A DNA stretch of 64,000 bases from Arenicellales bacterium (lineage in GTDB: Bacteria; Pseudomonadota; Gammaproteobacteria; Arenicellales; JAJDZL01). The translations under genes and the position numbers were made by a program. The notes below the pieces were generated by a model. That model was not told where the DNA came from and made no database searches. It was given only the letters and a program-made list of their open reading frames with translations. The stretch lies in NCBI GenBank assembly GCA_963664525.1, contig OY761535.1:975314-1039313 (forward strand), given 5' to 3'. Each line of letters starts with the position of its first letter. Within the stretch, counting starts at the first letter, position 1. Below, piece by piece: positions 45,968 to 59,270 of this stretch.

Positions 45968-48900
45968 ATGAGAAATCTTGAAAATTTGATGAAAAGGGCA
46001 GGGAGGCTCGAAGATTTTGACGAGATCCGTATAGGACTGGCATCTCCGGAAAAAATTCGCAGCTGGTCTTTTGGAGAAGTCCGAAAGCCTGAGACGATTA
46101 ACTACCGAACGTTCAAACCAGAACGGGATGGTTTGTTTTGCGCCAAGCTGTTCGGTCCGGTCAAAGACAACGAGTGTCAATGCGGAAAGTACAAACGCCT
46201 CAAACACCAGGGTGTGGTTTGTGAAAAATGCGGTGTAGAGGTCACCAGTTCCAAGGTTCGGCGCGAGCGAATGGGCCATATTGAGCTCGCCAGTCCGGTG
46301 GCACATATCTGGTTTTTGAAAAGTTTGCCCTCCAGGCTTGGACTGTTATTGGATATGACAGTACGCCAGATCGAACTGGTCATGTACTTTGAAGCTTATG
46401 TCGTCATCGATCCAGGTGAAAACACGCCATTGGAGCGTGGTCACTGCATGGGCGAAGAAGAGTACCACAACGCTTATGAAGAATATGGCAGCGAATTTGA
46501 AGTGGGCATGGGAGCTGAAGCGATTCGCACCTTGATTCGTAGTATTGACTTCGAAGAAGAAGCCGATCTTTTGCGTGCGGAGTTGGCTGATACCAAATCG
46601 GACACCAAAATCAAGAAACTGACCAAGCGCCTCAAACTCATCGAGTCATTTTTACAGTCGGGTAACAAACCGGAATGGATGATCCTTCAGGTTTTGCCGA
46701 TATTGCCACCGGATCTGCGGCCACTGGTTCCGCTCGATGCCGGTCGGTTTGCAACATCTGACCTCAACGACCTTTATCGGCGCGTCATCAATCGCAATAA
46801 TCGACTCAAGCGCCTTCTTGACCTGCATGCACCGGACATTATTGTTCGAAATGAAAAACGTATGTTACAAGAGGCAGTTGATGCATTGCTTGATAACGGT
46901 CGGCGCGGCAAGTCGATCACCGGCGCCAATAAGCAAAAGCTAAAGTCCCTGGCGGACTCCATTAAGGGTAAACAAGGTCGATTCCGACAGAATCTGCTCG
47001 GCAAACGTGTGGATTACTCCGGTCGTTCTGTCATTGTTGTCGGTCCGACTTTGAAACTGCACCAGTGTGGATTGCCAAAACGGATGGCGCTTGAATTGTT
47101 CAAACCATTCGTGTTTTGTGAATTAAGTCGTCGCTATCCTGAACGTTCCAATATTCGCTGGGCCAAGAGCATTATGGAAAAAGAAGGTCCTGAAATCTGG
47201 GACATTCTTGAAGAGGTCGTCATTCGCGAACATCCGGTGCTCCTCAATCGTGCTCCGACTTTGCACCGTCTGGGAATTCAGGCATTTGAACCCATTCTGG
47301 TTGAAGGTAAAGCCATACAACTGCATCCGTTGGTCTGTACGCCCTACAATGCAGACTTTGACGGCGACCAGATGGCAGTGCATATTCCGCTTACGGTTGA
47401 ATCGCAGATCGAAGCGCGAACCTTAATGATGTCAACCAACAACATTTTGTCACCCGCCAATGGTGAGCCGATTATCGTTCCGTCTCAGGACATTGTCTTG
47501 GGCCTTTACTATATGACACGGGAGGCGGTCAATCCGAAGGGCCACGGTAAAGTTTTTGCCGATGTTGCCGAAGTACGGCGCGCCTATGACGTCGGCGCAG
47601 TTTCATTGCACGCGGGTATTCGAGTTCGAGTCGTCGAACGGGAAAAAGTCGGCGATGAGAAACGTGAAACACGACGATTCTACGACACAACTGTTGGACG
47701 CGCACTGTTATCAGACATACTGCCGGATGGCATGGCCTTTGCACTCATTAATCGGGTGTTGAACAAACGCGCCATCTCTGAAATCGTCAACGAGTGTTAT
47801 CGCCACGTCGGTTTAAAGGAAACTGTGGTGCTGGCCGACCAGTTGATGTACTTGGGGTTTGATTTTGCCGCAAAAGGGGGCATTTCGATTTGTGTCAATG
47901 ACATCGAAATTCCGGAAGACAAGAAAGAAATATTGGACTTGGCTGACCGTGAAGTTGAATTTGTGCAAAAACAGGCGAATGCAGGACTGCTGACTGATGG
48001 TGAACGCTATAACAAGGTGGTCGACATCTGGGGCCGTGCCAGCGACAAGGTTGCCAAATCGATGATGGACAAGCTGAGAGTTGAGACTGTGATCGATCAG
48101 CATGGCAACGAAGTTGAACAGACTTCGTTTAATCCAGTCCATGTGATGGCAGACTCGGGTGCTCGTGGGTCCCATGCTCAAATCAGACAGCTTGCGGCGA
48201 TGCGCGGGCTGATGTCTAAACCAGACGGTACGATTATCGAAACACCGATTAAAGCGAACTTTCGCGAAGGTCTGGACGTACTGCAATATTTCATTTCTAC
48301 CCATGGGGCTAGAAAAGGACTGGCAGATACCGCGCTGAAAACAGCGAATTCCGGCTACCTGACTCGACGGTTGATCGATGTTTGCCAGGATCTGGTTGTA
48401 ACCGAATCCGACTGTGGCACCACCGAAGGTATCAAGCTAGAAGCACTGGTCAAAGGTGGTGAGATTGTGGTGCCGCTTGCGAGCAGGATTTTAGGCCGAT
48501 CAGTGGCTGAAGAACTTAAATCGCCGACCACTGGCAAAGTTCTGGTTGAAGCCGGTCAAATGATTACAGAAAAACTGGTCAAGGTGATTGAGCGCCATTC
48601 AATTCACCGAGTCAAGGTACGCTCTGCGGTAACCTGCGAAATCAAATACGGTATCTGTGCAACCTGTTACGGGCGAGATCTTGGACGAGGACATCTGGTC
48701 AACCGCGGTGAAGCGGTTGGCGTCATCGCTGCTCAAAGTATTGGAGAACCCGGCACACAGCTAACCATGCGGACATTTCATATGGGTGGCGTTGCTGAAC
48801 GCGAGCAGACACAGACTGGAATAGTGGTCAAGACAAAAGGCACATTGGAATTCGATCGTGTTGAATACATTGAGAATTCCAGAGGCAACCTGATTGTCAA

Positions 48901-50254
48901 TACACGTTCGGGTGAGGTCAAGATCTTGGACACCAACGGAATTGTGGCAGAACGCTACAACGTACCGTACGGTGCAGAACTTTACGTCAGTGAAGGCACT
49001 TCGGTACTTCCGGACCAGATGATTGCGAGCTGGGATCCGCATGTGCACCCGATCATTAATGAAGTCAGGGGAATCGTCAAGCTTGAAAACTTCATTGATA
49101 GCATCACCGTCTCTCAGTCTACAGACGAATTTGATGAAGATCACAGTACAGGAAGACCGTTATACACCGTGCTTGATTCGAAGCAGAAATTGCATGATGA
49201 CAGACCAGCGATACGATTGGTTGACAAACACGACCAAACAATCATGTCACCGAAAACCAACCGCGAAGTGCGCTACTTGTTGCAAACTGGTGCGCAGATC
49301 ATGATCCAGCACGGAGATGAAGTCCAGGTCGGTGATGTATTGGCCAGAGTACCTCGGGATTACGATTCAACCCGGGACATTACGGGCGGTCTGCCGCGTG
49401 TTGCAGAGTTGTTTGAGGCCAGACGTCCCAAAGATCCAGCACTTTATGCCAGGCATTCTGGCTCTGTCAGTTTTGGCGAAGAAACCAAAGGGAAAATCAG
49501 ACTGGTGATCACTGATGAACTTGGGCAAGAACACCGTGAGTTGATTTCCAAGGACAAGGAGCGATCCTTGATGGTTTTGGATGGCGAAACGGTTGAACGC
49601 GGCGATCAAATCGTCGACGGTGCGCCAGTGTCTGCAGACATATTGGAGTTAAAAGGCATCGAAGAATTGACTGCATACATTGTTAAGGAAGTTCAGGAAG
49701 TCTATCAGTTGCAGGGTGTGACGATCAATGACAAGCACATTGAAGTGATTGTTCGCCAAATGTTGCGTAAGGTTCGCATCGAAGAACCCGGTACGACCAA
49801 GTTTCTACCGGGTGAATTGGTTGAACGCTCCCAGTTTGAACAAGTCAATGAACAAATCCGAGAGGCGAATGCCGATGAAGTCGAACCGTCTCAGGAAGAG
49901 GCCAAGGCTGTTCGTGTGCTGCTTGGCATTACCAAAGCATCATTGATGACTGAGTCGTTTATTTCAGCCGCCTCGTTCCAGGAAACAACCCGGGTTCTGA
50001 CCGATGCTTCAGTCAGTGGAAAGATCGATCAGTTGCGTGGCTTGAAAGAAAATGTCATCGTAGGCCGCTTGATTCCAGCAGGGACTGGATTGGTTCACCA
50101 CGAAGAGCGCAAGCGCCAACGTCGCCAACACGTATTGGCGCAATCACTTGAGTCGGAATTTAAGCAGCAATTTCAACAGTCGGCTACGCCTCGAGAAGAT
50201 GATGCTGACAATGTGATTGATCCCGATCGATTGTATGGCACCGACAGCAGTTGA
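45968..50254 (+). CDS. rpoC: DNA-directed RNA polymerase subunit beta'
   Basis: Zn-finger [32 protein letters not shown] catalytic motif, RGLMSKP, trigger-loop/bridge-helix motifs. Confidence 0.98.
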   Translation: MRNLENLMKRAGRLEDFDEIRIGLASPEKIRSWSFGEVRKPETINYRTFKPERDGLFCAKLFGPVKDNECQCGKYKRLKHQGVVCEKCGVEVTSSKVRRERMGHIELASPVAHIWFLKSLPSRLGLLLDMTVRQIELVMYFEAYVVIDPGENTPLERGHCMGEEEYHNAYEEYGSEFEVGMGAEAIRTLIRSIDFEEEADLLRAELADTKSDTKIKKLTKRLKLIESFLQSGNKPEWMILQVLPILPPDLRPLVPLDAGRFATSDLNDLYRRVINRNNRLKRLLDLHAPDIIVRNEKRMLQEAVDALLDNGRRGKSITGANKQKLKSLADSIKGKQGRFRQNLLGKRVDYSGRSVIVVGPTLKLHQCGLPKRMALELFKPFVFCELSRRYPERSNIRWAKSIMEKEGPEIWDILEEVVIREHPVLLNRAPTLHRLGIQAFEPILVEGKAIQLHPLVCTPYNADFDGDQMAVHIPLTVESQIEARTLMMSTNNILSPANGEPIIVPSQDIVLGLYYMTREAVNPKGHGKVFADVAEVRRAYDVGAVSLHAGIRVRVVEREKVGDEKRETRRFYDTTVGRALLSDILPDGMAFALINRVLNKRAISEIVNECYRHVGLKETVVLADQLMYLGFDFAAKGGISICVNDIEIPEDKKEILDLADREVEFVQKQANAGLLTDGERYNKVVDIWGRASDKVAKSMMDKLRVETVIDQHGNEVEQTSFNPVHVMADSGARGSHAQIRQLAAMRGLMSKPDGTIIETPIKANFREGLDVLQYFISTHGARKGLADTALKTANSGYLTRRLIDVCQDLVVTESDCGTTEGIKLEALVKGGEIVVPLASRILGRSVAEELKSPTTGKVLVEAGQMITEKLVKVIERHSIHRVKVRSAVTCEIKYGICATCYGRDLGRGHLVNRGEAVGVIAAQSIGEPGTQLTMRTFHMGGVAEREQTQTGIVVKTKGTLEFDRVEYIENSRGNLIVNTRSGEVKILDTNGIVAERYNVPYGAELYVSEGTSVLPDQMIASWDPHVHPIINEVRGIVKLENFIDSITVSQSTDEFDEDHSTGRPLYTVLDSKQKLHDDRPAIRLVDKHDQTIMSPKTNREVRYLLQTGAQIMIQHGDEVQVGDVLARVPRDYDSTRDITGGLPRVAELFEARRPKDPALYARHSGSVSFGEETKGKIRLVITDELGQEHRELISKDKERSLMVLDGETVERGDQIVDGAPVSADILELKGIEELTAYIVKEVQEVYQLQGVTINDKHIEVIVRQMLRKVRIEEPGTTKFLPGELVERSQFEQVNEQIREANADEVEPSQEEAKAVRVLLGITKASLMTESFISAASFQETTRVLTDASVSGKIDQLRGLKENVIVGRLIPAGTGLVHHEERKRQRRQHVLAQSLESEFKQQFQQSATPREDDADNVIDPDRLYGTDSS

Positions 50255-50373
50255 CCGGCTTGCACAAGACGATCCGGATTGGATAAAATTTTTCAAATTG
50301 GACTTGAAATCCAGTTGAAAATAGGTTAATATTTATAGGCTTTCTGCTGGTCATCAGATCAGCTGGCAGCAAC

Positions 50374-50417
50374 AAGACAGATCGTATTCGGTCTGTCTTT
50401 TTATTATTTGTTTTTTT
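50374..50417 (+). terminator. Rho-independent terminator after rpoC
   Basis: Stem AAGACAGATCG / CGGTCTGTCTT (one G.U pair), loop TATT, then TTTATTATTTGTTTTTTT. Confidence 0.7.
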
Positions 50418-50460
50418 AGGATAAAACGAACCTATTCCTTGCAACAATTGCGAGACGCAA

Positions 50461-50835
50461 ATGCCGACAATTAATCAACTGGTAAACCGTCCTCGAAAGA
50501 AGCAGACGAAGAAAACCAACGTGCCTGCACTTGAGGCATGTCCACAAAAGCGTGGTGTCTGTACACGGGTTTATACAACCACACCGAAAAAGCCAAACTC
50601 CGCATTGCGTAAAGTGGCGCGCGTTCGGCTAACGAACGGGTACGAGGTTACCACTTATATCGGTGGTGAGTCGCACAATCTCCAAGAACACTCCGTCGTA
50701 TTGATTCGCGGCGGGCGGGTCAAGGACTTGCCTGGTGTACGTTATCACACCGTGCGTGGAGCATTGGATGCTTCCGGTGTTGACAAACGAAGGCAGGGAC
50801 GTTCGAAATACGGTGCCAAGCGACCACGTTCGTAG
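50461..50835 (+). CDS. rpsL: 30S ribosomal protein S12
   Basis: [14 protein letters not shown]...[20 protein letters not shown]. Confidence 0.98.
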   Translation: MPTINQLVNRPRKKQTKKTNVPALEACPQKRGVCTRVYTTTPKKPNSALRKVARVRLTNGYEVTTYIGGESHNLQEHSVVLIRGGRVKDLPGVRYHTVRGALDASGVDKRRQGRSKYGAKRPRS

Positions 50836-50857
50836 TTGCCTACTGGATACAAGTTAA

Positions 50858-51346
<489 letters not shown>

Positions 51347-51369
51347 TTTTCGAGGCAGTTTAGCATCTC

Positions 51370-53469
51370 ATGGCAAGGCAAACGCCAATCAGGAATTATC
51401 GCAACATCGGCATCATGGCTCACATTGATGCCGGTAAAACGACGACGACCGAACGCATTTTGTTCTATGCGGGCATCTCTCACAGAATCGGTGAGGTTCA
51501 TGACGGTAATGCAGTCATGGATTGGATGGAACAGGAACAAGAACGCGGGATCACGATTACGTCAGCTGCAACCACTTGCTTTTGGCAAGGTGCACGTACG
51601 GACTTCGGCGAGCATCGGATCAACATCATCGACACCCCGGGGCATGTTGATTTTACGATCGAAGTTGAGCGTTCACTCCGGGTGCTCGACGGTGCAGTAA
51701 CGGTGTTGTGTGCGGTGGGTGGCGTCGAGCCTCAGACCGAAACAGTTTGGCGACAGGCAGACCGTTACGGTGTGCCGAGAATGATATTCATCAACAAGAT
51801 GGATCGCGTCGGTGCAGATTTCGATAATGTCGTCGGCCAGGTGCACAAATACCTTGGAGCGCGTGTGGTGCCGGTGCAGATTCCCATTGGTGCAGAAGAA
51901 AAATTCGCTGGGATCATTGACCTGATTGAACTGGAAGCCTGGTATTGGGATGACTCAACCATGGGTGCGAAATATACCCGCAAACCCATACCGGAAAACT
52001 TGCTGGACCATGCGCAAGCGATGAGAGAAAGCATGATCGAAGTGATTGCTGAAGCCGATGATGATTTGACAACAGCGTGGCTTGAAACTGGCACACTGAG
52101 TGAAGATCAAATTCGCCGCGGGCTTAGAACCATGACAGTCAACAACGAAGTTGTGCCGGTGTTTTGTGGTTCGGCTTTCAAAAATAAAGGCGTACAGTTG
52201 CTGTTGGATGGCGTTATCGATTATTTGCCCAACCCTGCCGATGTACCACCCGTAGCAGGAATCGTCGATGCAGATAAAGGTACGATCGAAACCCGTAGTC
52301 CGAGTGACGACGAAAAGTTTGCCGCACTGGCTTTTAAGATCATGACTGATCCTTTCGTGGGACAGTTGGTGTTTTTGCGAGTTTATTCAGGCACCTTGAA
52401 ATCCGGCGACGCGATTGTGAACGTCTCAACAAATAAGAAAGAACGAGTTGGCCGATTGTTGCATATGCACGCCAATGACCGAGTTGACATCAAGGAAATC
52501 AGGGCAGGGGATATTGTCGCGGCAGTGGGACTGAAAAACGTGTCAACCGGCGATACGATCGCACCGAAAGGGGCCGAGATTGCACTCGAGCAGATTGAAT
52601 TCCCAGAGCCTGTTGTCTCTCAAGCCGTCGAGCCAAAGACCAGAGCGGATGAAGACCGCTTGGCGATCGCACTGGCAAAATTGTCCAAGGAAGATCCATC
52701 ATTTAAAGTGCGCACTGACGCAGAGTCGGGACAGACCATCATTTCCGGGATGGGCGAGTTGCACCTTGAGATCATCATCGATCGTCTAAAACGAGAATTT
52801 AAGGTTGAATCTAACATCGGCCAGCCACAGGTGGCCTATCGAGAGACCATTCGTTCTGCAATTGAACAAGAATATCGCCATGTTCGTCAAACTGGCGGGC
52901 GAGGCCAGTTCGCTCACGTGATTATCCAAATTGAACCCTTAACACAAGGTGGCGGTTTTGAATTTGAAAACAAGATCGTCGGCGGTGCCATTCCCAAAGA
53001 ATATATTCCATCGGTCAAACGCGGCATTGAAGATGCAATGGGAGCTGGAGTCGTCGCCGGGTATCCGGTCGTAGATATCAAGGCGACCTTGCTGGATGGT
53101 TCGTTTCATGATGTCGACTCTTCTGAGCAAGCGTTTCGAATCGCCGGTACACACGCCTTTCGAGATGCTGCCAAGCGTGCGAATCCACAGTTGCTGCAAC
53201 CGTACATGTCAGTGGAAGTGGTTACACCTAGTGAATATCTGGGTGCAGTAACCAATGATCTGAATTCAAGGCGCGGGATTATCGAAGAAGTCTCCGATGT
53301 GTCCAGCGGCAAGGTCATCAAGGCAAGAGTGCCATTGATTAAGATGTTTGGTTATGTGACCTCCTTGCGCTCACTGACGCAGGGACGGGCAACTTACTCC
53401 ATGGAATTTGATACCTACGTACCGGTTTCTGTCGAAGAGGCAGGGCTGACTTTAAAAAAAGCCAGCTGA
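51370..53469 (+). CDS. fusA: elongation factor G (canonical)
   Basis: 699 aa. [55 protein letters not shown]. Confidence 0.97.
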   Translation: MARQTPIRNYRNIGIMAHIDAGKTTTTERILFYAGISHRIGEVHDGNAVMDWMEQEQERGITITSAATTCFWQGARTDFGEHRINIIDTPGHVDFTIEVERSLRVLDGAVTVLCAVGGVEPQTETVWRQADRYGVPRMIFINKMDRVGADFDNVVGQVHKYLGARVVPVQIPIGAEEKFAGIIDLIELEAWYWDDSTMGAKYTRKPIPENLLDHAQAMRESMIEVIAEADDDLTTAWLETGTLSEDQIRRGLRTMTVNNEVVPVFCGSAFKNKGVQLLLDGVIDYLPNPADVPPVAGIVDADKGTIETRSPSDDEKFAALAFKIMTDPFVGQLVFLRVYSGTLKSGDAIVNVSTNKKERVGRLLHMHANDRVDIKEIRAGDIVAAVGLKNVSTGDTIAPKGAEIALEQIEFPEPVVSQAVEPKTRADEDRLAIALAKLSKEDPSFKVRTDAESGQTIISGMGELHLEIIIDRLKREFKVESNIGQPQVAYRETIRSAIEQEYRHVRQTGGRGQFAHVIIQIEPLTQGGGFEFENKIVGGAIPKEYIPSVKRGIEDAMGAGVVAGYPVVDIKATLLDGSFHDVDSSEQAFRIAGTHAFRDAAKRANPQLLQPYMSVEVVTPSEYLGAVTNDLNSRRGIIEEVSDVSSGKVIKARVPLIKMFGYVTSLRSLTQGRATYSMEFDTYVPVSVEEAGLTLKKAS

Positions 53470-53538
53470 GTGAATCAGTTACCGACTGCAAAAGAACATT
53501 GAACTAATCATTACATACAGTAGAGAGTACTAAAGGGC

Positions 53539-53874
53539 ATGGCAACTTCGGCAGTAAGAGGTATCGATGAGCAAAAGGTACGCATTCGCTTAAAGGCGTT
53601 TGATCATCGTACGATCGACAGTTCTGCGGCACAGATCGTAGAAACTGCGCGGCGTACAGGGGCCATCGTCAGAGGGCCCATTCCTTTACCGACGCGCATC
53701 GAACGCTACACGTTACTGCGTTCGCCAAATGCGGATAAAAAGGCGCGCGATCAGTTCGAAATTCGTACCCACAAGCGAATTATGGATATCGTCGAACCCA
53801 CAGACAAAACCATTGATGCATTGATGAAACTGGATTTGCCATCAGGTGTTGATGTGGAAATCAAACTGAAATAA
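53539..53874 (+). CDS. rpsJ: 30S ribosomal protein S10
   Basis: [29 protein letters not shown]...; first gene of the S10 operon. Confidence 0.95.
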   Translation: MATSAVRGIDEQKVRIRLKAFDHRTIDSSAAQIVETARRTGAIVRGPIPLPTRIERYTLLRSPNADKKARDQFEIRTHKRIMDIVEPTDKTIDALMKLDLPSGVDVEIKLK

Positions 53875-53904
53875 CGCACAGAGCACGGACGAGGAAAACA
53901 GACG

Positions 53905-54543
53905 ATGTCTTTGGGATTGGTAGGAACTAAATTAGGCATGACGCGGGTGTTTCTGGACAATGGAGCATCGGTGCCCGTCACAGTGGTTGGGGTTGAACCG
54001 AACCGAATTGCGCAGTTGAAAACTGAGGCTAAAGATGGTTATAGCGCAATTGCACTGACAACAGGCCAGGTCAAGTCAAACAAATTGAGCGCAGCGGTTC
54101 GCGGCGCATACGATAAATCCGGCGTCGAACCGGGGCGTGGCATCTGGGAATTTCGAACGGATCCCACCGAGATGGATCAGTACAAAATTGGCGACAGCGT
54201 TGATGTGACCTTATTTGATGAAGGTCAGAAAGTCGATGTCAAGGGCGTATCCATTGGTAAGGGATTTGCCGGAGTGATGAAGCGCCACGGATTTGGCGGT
54301 GGCAGGGCTACGCACGGAAACTCAAAGGCCCATCGTAAGCCTGGGTCCATCGGCCAAAATCAGACTCCCAGCCGGGTTTTTCCCGGGAAAAAAATGGCAG
54401 GGCATCTCGGCAACGAGACTCGAGTTCAACAGAATCTTGAAGTTGTGCGAGTTGACCAGGAAAAAAACCTATTGCTGATTAAAGGTGCAATTCCAGGGTC
54501 GCGACAGTCTGACATCATCGTAACAGCTGCAGTCAAGAAATAG
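53905..54543 (+). CDS. rplC: 50S ribosomal protein L3
   Basis: [16 protein letters not shown]...[16 protein letters not shown]. Confidence 0.97.
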   Translation: MSLGLVGTKLGMTRVFLDNGASVPVTVVGVEPNRIAQLKTEAKDGYSAIALTTGQVKSNKLSAAVRGAYDKSGVEPGRGIWEFRTDPTEMDQYKIGDSVDVTLFDEGQKVDVKGVSIGKGFAGVMKRHGFGGGRATHGNSKAHRKPGSIGQNQTPSRVFPGKKMAGHLGNETRVQQNLEVVRVDQEKNLLLIKGAIPGSRQSDIIVTAAVKK

Positions 54544-54573
54544 TCCTGAATGTCACTGAATCAGGTAGTAAAT

Positions 54574-55191
54574 ATGAAACTCGAAGTATTGGACAAGGAA
54601 GGAAATCAACACAAGACCATTGAAGTTTCCAGTGACAATTTTGACGCTGAGTTCAATAACACACTGGTGCATCAAGTGGTCGTGGCTTATAAGGCTGCAT
54701 ATCGAGCCGGTACGCATTCGCAGAAAAACCGTTCTCAAGTTCGAGGCGGTGGCGCCAAACCGTATCGTCAAAAAGGCACTGGCCGCGCCAGAGCCGGTAC
54801 GCGCAACAGTCCTTTGAACCGGGGTGGAGGGCAGACATTTGCAGCATCTCCAAGAGATTACTCTCAGAAAGTGAATCGAAAAGTTTTTCGAGCAGCCATG
54901 CGTGCAACTCTTTCAGAATCATTGCGCCTGGGCAATCTGGTCGTGGTCAGCGATCTTGACTGCGGCAAGCCAAGTACAAAGACCGCGGTGGAACAGTTAA
55001 AAAAATTACAGTGTCAATCAGCTTTGATCGTTGATGACAATGCCAGCGGCAATTTACACTTGTCGTTAAGAAATATTCCGAATGTGCACTTGATCGATCC
55101 ATCGATGCTCAATCCATCAGATATTGTCGATCAGAGCAAAATTTTGATGACAGAAAGTGCAATTCAACAAGTTGATGAGTGGTTGCAATGA
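54574..55191 (+). CDS. rplD: 50S ribosomal protein L4
   Basis: MKLEVLDKEG...LVHQVVVAYKAA...RQKGTGRARAG. ATG 54550 is an alternative start. Confidence 0.93.
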   Translation: MKLEVLDKEGNQHKTIEVSSDNFDAEFNNTLVHQVVVAYKAAYRAGTHSQKNRSQVRGGGAKPYRQKGTGRARAGTRNSPLNRGGGQTFAASPRDYSQKVNRKVFRAAMRATLSESLRLGNLVVVSDLDCGKPSTKTAVEQLKKLQCQSALIVDDNASGNLHLSLRNIPNVHLIDPSMLNPSDIVDQSKILMTESAIQQVDEWLQ

Positions 55192-55490
55192 ACGAAGAGC
55201 GTATGTGCGAAGTCATTCGCTATCCGATCATTTCGGAAAAAAGCACCATGGTTGCCGAACGCAGCAAACAAATCGTATTTGAGGTCGCTCGAAATGCAAC
55301 CAAAAAGGAAGTGAAAGAATCTGTTGAGAAATTATTTTCAGTTCGAGTGCTCTCTGTACAGGTTCTCAATTCGCGTGGTAAACAAAAAAGATTTGGAAAA
55401 ACGCTCGGTCGACAAAATGACAGACGCAAAGCTTATGTTCGTTTACACGCCGATGATGACATCGATTTTTCACAGGCATTAGGCAACTAA
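55188..55490 (+). CDS. rplW: 50S ribosomal protein L23
   Basis: MNEERMCEVIRYPIISEKST parallels E. coli [21 protein letters not shown]. ATGA overlap with the rplD stop. Confidence 0.95.
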   Translation: MNEERMCEVIRYPIISEKSTMVAERSKQIVFEVARNATKKEVKESVEKLFSVRVLSVQVLNSRGKQKRFGKTLGRQNDRRKAYVRLHADDDIDFSQALGN

Positions 55491-55503
55491 GGCGTAAGTT
55501 GAC

Positions 55504-56334
55504 ATGACACTGGTAAAGCAAAATCCGACGACACCTGGCCGCCGAGGTATGGTCAAGGTGGAAAACCGCGATATCCATCGTGGCAGCCCACATCGTCCGC
55601 TACTGGAACCCTTGGCAAAAACTGATGGACGCAACAATGTTGGTCGCATTACGGTGCGCCATCGCGGTGGTGGGCACAAGCGGCGTTATCGCCTCATTGA
55701 CTTTCGACGCAACAAGGACAATATACCGGCCAAGGTTGAACGCATCGAGTATGATCCCAATCGCAGTGCACACATTGCTTTGCTATTGTACGCCGATGGC
55801 GAACGACGCTACATTATCGCTCCGAAAGGCGTTAGTTCCGGAGTCAGGCTGGAATCCGGTGAGAAAGTAGCGATTCGACCGGGCAACTGCCTGCCGCTTG
55901 AAAATATCCCCCAGGGTACGGTAGTGCACTGTATTGAAATGAAACCAGGCAAAGGTGCGCAACTCGCAAGATCCGCTGGCACCTCAGCACAGCTTTTGGG
56001 TCGGGAAGGCAATTATGCGCTGATGCGAATGCGATCCGGTGAGATGCGAAAGATTAACGCCAAGTGTCGGGCAACCATTGGAGAAGTCGGCAACGAGGAA
56101 CACGGACTGCGAAAGCTCGGTAAAGCGGGCGCCAAGCGCTGGAGAGGGATTCGCCCGACCGTGCGCGGGGTTGCGATGAATCCGGTCGACCATCCACATG
56201 GTGGTGGTGAAGGCCGTACGTCCGGTGGACGTGATCCTGTTTCCCCGTGGGGTGTACCAACAAAAGGGTACCGAACCCGTCGGGTACGACGCACTTCAAA
56301 AATGATTGTTCGACGAGCAAGCAAGCGCAGATAA
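55504..56334 (+). CDS. rplB: 50S ribosomal protein L2
   Basis: [33 protein letters not shown]. Confidence 0.98.
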   Translation: MTLVKQNPTTPGRRGMVKVENRDIHRGSPHRPLLEPLAKTDGRNNVGRITVRHRGGGHKRRYRLIDFRRNKDNIPAKVERIEYDPNRSAHIALLLYADGERRYIIAPKGVSSGVRLESGEKVAIRPGNCLPLENIPQGTVVHCIEMKPGKGAQLARSAGTSAQLLGREGNYALMRMRSGEMRKINAKCRATIGEVGNEEHGLRKLGKAGAKRWRGIRPTVRGVAMNPVDHPHGGGEGRTSGGRDPVSPWGVPTKGYRTRRVRRTSKMIVRRASKRR

Positions 56335-56352
56335 GGTAGTGAGGAACATCAA

Positions 56353-56625
56353 GTGGGTAGATCAGTAAAGAAAGGACCGTTTGTTGATCATCATCTGTGG
56401 GCTAAAGTACAAAAAGCTCGCAAGAGCAACAGTCGACAGGCAATCAAAACATGGTCGAGGAGATCGACAATTTTGCCGGATTTTATCGGCTTGACCATTG
56501 CGATTCACAATGGGCGACACCATGTGCCGATTTTGATTTCGGAGAATATGGTCGGACATAAACTGGGTGAATTTGCACCGACACGAACATTTAAGTCCTT
56601 CTCGGCTGACAAGAGAGCACGTTAG
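56353..56625 (+). CDS. rpsS: 30S ribosomal protein S19
   Basis: [14 protein letters not shown]...[27 protein letters not shown]; GTG start. Confidence 0.96.
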   Translation: MGRSVKKGPFVDHHLWAKVQKARKSNSRQAIKTWSRRSTILPDFIGLTIAIHNGRHHVPILISENMVGHKLGEFAPTRTFKSFSADKRAR

Positions 56626-56637
56626 GAGATATCGACA

Positions 56638-56970
56638 GTGAAAGTCCAGTCAGTATCCAAATATGTAAGATCGTCACCTTACAAGTGTCGATTGGCGGTG
56701 AACCAAATACGCCGATTACCGGTCGAGCAGGCTAGAGACATATTGACGTACAGTACAAGAAAGGGCGCTAAACTCGTGCTAAAGACATTGGATTCGGCGA
56801 TTGCCAATGCTGAGGTCAACAATAATGCAAACATTGACGAGTTGTATGTTCACACTGCTTTTGTTGATGAAGCACCCGTTTTGAAACGCTGGCGCGCCAG
56901 AGCGCGAGGCAGGGTGAATCGCATTCACAAACGCAACAGCCATATCACGATCGTTGTGTCAGACGAATAG
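56638..56970 (+). CDS. rplV: 50S ribosomal protein L22
   Basis: VRSSPYKCRLAVNQIRRLPVEQA...; GTG start; operon position. Confidence 0.95.
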   Translation: MKVQSVSKYVRSSPYKCRLAVNQIRRLPVEQARDILTYSTRKGAKLVLKTLDSAIANAEVNNNANIDELYVHTAFVDEAPVLKRWRARARGRVNRIHKRNSHITIVVSDE

Positions 56971-56982
56971 CAGGTATTAAAT

Positions 56983-57663
56983 ATGGGTCAAAAAGTACAA
57001 CCGGTCGGCATCCGTTTGAATATTTCCACAGACTGGAAATCCCGGTGGTTTGCTTCCGGAACCGATTACGCACGCTATCTGAAAGAAGACCTGCAAGTGC
57101 GCGACTTTATTCGCAAAAAATTGGCCAACGCATCAATCAGTGAAATCACGATTCAACGACCGGCACAAAATTTAAAGGTGGTAATCCATTCAGCCCGACC
57201 CGGTACGGTAATCGGAAAGAAAGGTGAGGACATCAACAGTCTTCGGACCGAATTGGCAAAAATGAATGGTGCACCTGTTTCGGTTTCCGTTGAAGAAATA
57301 CGTAAACCGGACTTGGATGCAACGCTGGTTGCCGAAAGTATTTGTCAGAAACTGGAAAAGCGGATGATGTTTCGACGGGCGATGAAACTTGCAGTGAAGA
57401 ATTCGATGCGAGTTGGAGCGCTGGGTGTCAAGGTCATGATTGCAGGGCGCTTGAACGGGGCAGACATCGCCAGAACTGAATGGTATCGCGAAGGTCGAGT
57501 GCCGCTGCATACATTTCGAGCAAATGTTGACTATGGCTTTGCCGAAGCCAGGACAACCTATGGCGTGATTGGTGTCAAAGTCTGGATCTTTAATGGCGAA
57601 GTGTTTCGCGACAAAGATGGCAAATTTAGCGGCAGATCTGCGGCAGATGCTAAACAGGTGTAG
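56983..57663 (+). CDS. rpsC: 30S ribosomal protein S3
   Basis: [24 protein letters not shown]..., KH domain GKKGEDI. Confidence 0.97.
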   Translation: MGQKVQPVGIRLNISTDWKSRWFASGTDYARYLKEDLQVRDFIRKKLANASISEITIQRPAQNLKVVIHSARPGTVIGKKGEDINSLRTELAKMNGAPVSVSVEEIRKPDLDATLVAESICQKLEKRMMFRRAMKLAVKNSMRVGALGVKVMIAGRLNGADIARTEWYREGRVPLHTFRANVDYGFAEARTTYGVIGVKVWIFNGEVFRDKDGKFSGRSAADAKQV

Positions 57664-58083
57664 ATGATGTTACAGCCAAAACGATCAAAATTTCGCAAAC
57701 AGCAAAAAGGAAGAAACCGCGGCCTTGCAACTCGCGGAAACCAGGTCAGTTTCGGTGAATATGGCCTCAAGGCAACGACGCGAGGACGCATTACCGCGCG
57801 AGAAATCGAATCAGGCCGTCGAGCAATCAATCGATATGTCAGACGAGGTGGAAAACTTTGGATTCGGATATTCCCGGACAAACCGGTGTCGAAAAAACCG
57901 CTTGAAGTCAGAATGGGAAAAGGTAAGGGCAATCCGGAATTCTGGGTGTTCGTGGTCAAACCAGGACACATGCTTTATGAAATTGAAGGCGTTACTGAAA
58001 CGATGGCCCGTGAAGCGTTCAGACGCGCTTCAGCCAAGTTTTCCGTACAAACTACTTTCGCAAAACGTCAGGGGTTGCTGTGA
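57664..58083 (+). CDS. rplP: 50S ribosomal protein L16
   Basis: (M)[21 protein letters not shown]. Tandem ATGs at 57664/57667, either of which may be used. Confidence 0.96.
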   Translation: MMLQPKRSKFRKQQKGRNRGLATRGNQVSFGEYGLKATTRGRITAREIESGRRAINRYVRRGGKLWIRIFPDKPVSKKPLEVRMGKGKGNPEFWVFVVKPGHMLYEIEGVTETMAREAFRRASAKFSVQTTFAKRQGLL

Positions 58084-58277
58084 ACAAGGCGAGTGAATTA
58101 CGCAGGGAATCGCAAAAAGAACTGCGCTCGCAGCTGACAACGCTGCGTCGCAAACAATTAGAACTTCGAATTTTGCACAGAACAGGGCAATTCAGCGACA
58201 TTGCCAAGTTTAAAGATGTCCGGCGAGATATCGCCCGAGTCAAAACTGTACTGAATGAACACAAACTCAGTGGATAG
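58080..58277 (+). CDS. rpmC: 50S ribosomal protein L29
   Basis: 65 aa. [25 protein letters not shown]. The GTG start overlaps the rplP stop (GTGA). Confidence 0.93.
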   Translation: MNKASELRRESQKELRSQLTTLRRKQLELRILHRTGQFSDIAKFKDVRRDIARVKTVLNEHKLSG

Positions 58278-58278
58278 T

Positions 58279-58548
58279 ATGGATCAAACGACCGAAACTA
58301 AAACTGCACGAACGATACCGGGTGTCGTCGTCAGCGCACGAATGGACAAAACCATTACCGTATCAATTGTGCGTAAGGTTCCTCACCCGCTTTATCGAAA
58401 ATATGTCAAGCGAATTACCAAGCTGCATGCGCACGATGAGGACAACGTTTGCGAGGAAAACGACAAGGTGTTGATTGAGGAATGTCGTCCTTTGTCAAGG
58501 ACCAAGAGTTGGCGCTTGGTCAGAAAACTGGATAGTACATCGCAATAA
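58279..58548 (+). CDS. rpsQ: 30S ribosomal protein S17
   Basis: [47 protein letters not shown] 58279 is preferred to the ORF-track start at 58255. Confidence 0.95.
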   Translation: MDQTTETKTARTIPGVVVSARMDKTITVSIVRKVPHPLYRKYVKRITKLHAHDEDNVCEENDKVLIEECRPLSRTKSWRLVRKLDSTSQ

Positions 58549-58566
58549 CAGTCAGGTAGCAGTGTC

Positions 58567-58935
58567 ATGATACAAATGCAAACTATGCTCGATGTTGCCG
58601 ACAACAGCGGTGCCAAGCGAGTTCAGTGCATCAAGGTGCTGGGTGGGTCAAAACGGCGTTATGCCGGAATTGGCGACATTATCCGCATTACGATCAAGGA
58701 AGCGATCCCGAACAGTCGGGTGCGCAAGGGAGATGTCTTCTTTGCCGTGGTCGTACGGACAAGAAAAGGCGTTCGTCGTCGCGACGGTTCGCTCATTCGA
58801 TTTGATAGAAACGCGGTGGTTTTATTGAATGCCCAGCATATGCCGGTGGGCACTCGCATATTTGGTCCCGTTACACGGGAACTGAGACAGGAAAAATTCA
58901 TGAGAATTGTTTCATTGGCCCCTGAAGTGATTTAG
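58567..58935 (+). CDS. rplN: 50S ribosomal protein L14
   Basis: [28 protein letters not shown]. Confidence 0.98.
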   Translation: MIQMQTMLDVADNSGAKRVQCIKVLGGSKRRYAGIGDIIRITIKEAIPNSRVRKGDVFFAVVVRTRKGVRRRDGSLIRFDRNAVVLLNAQHMPVGTRIFGPVTRELRQEKFMRIVSLAPEVI

Positions 58936-58945
58936 GTAAAGACGA

Positions 58946-59266
58946 ATGCAAAAGATCAAAAAAGGAGATGAAGTCATTGTGATTGCGGGTAAAGACCGTG
59001 GCAGAAGAGGCGCAATATTGGATATTACGTCGGATGGCAAACGGGCGCGGGTGAATGGATTGAATGTGGTCAAGCGCCACACTCGTCCCAATCCAAACGC
59101 CAACCAGGCAGGTGGGATTTTGTCCAAAGAGGCGCCAATCCAACTGTCAAATCTGGCGGTATACAATCCTGCGACAGACAAGGGCGATCGTGTCGGAATC
59201 AAGTTTCTGGCCGATGGCACAAAAGTACGTTATTTCAAGTCAAATGGCGAAGTATTGACGAATTAA
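58946..59266 (+). CDS. rplX: 50S ribosomal protein L24
   Basis: [22 protein letters not shown] (KOW)...VRYFKSNGE. Confidence 0.96.
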   Translation: MQKIKKGDEVIVIAGKDRGRRGAILDITSDGKRARVNGLNVVKRHTRPNPNANQAGGILSKEAPIQLSNLAVYNPATDKGDRVGIKFLADGTKVRYFKSNGEVLTN

Positions 59267-59270
59267 GAAA

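Noticed and set aside
45740-46306. 188-aa minus-strand ORF spanning the rpoB/rpoC junction, and similar antisense ORFs inside rpoB, rpoC, fusA and rplL (for example 42947-43393, 47813-48304, 40870-41316)
   Set aside because: They lie antisense to extremely well-supported conserved genes and have low-complexity or Ser/Arg-rich translations with no recognisable motifs. They are shadow ORFs.
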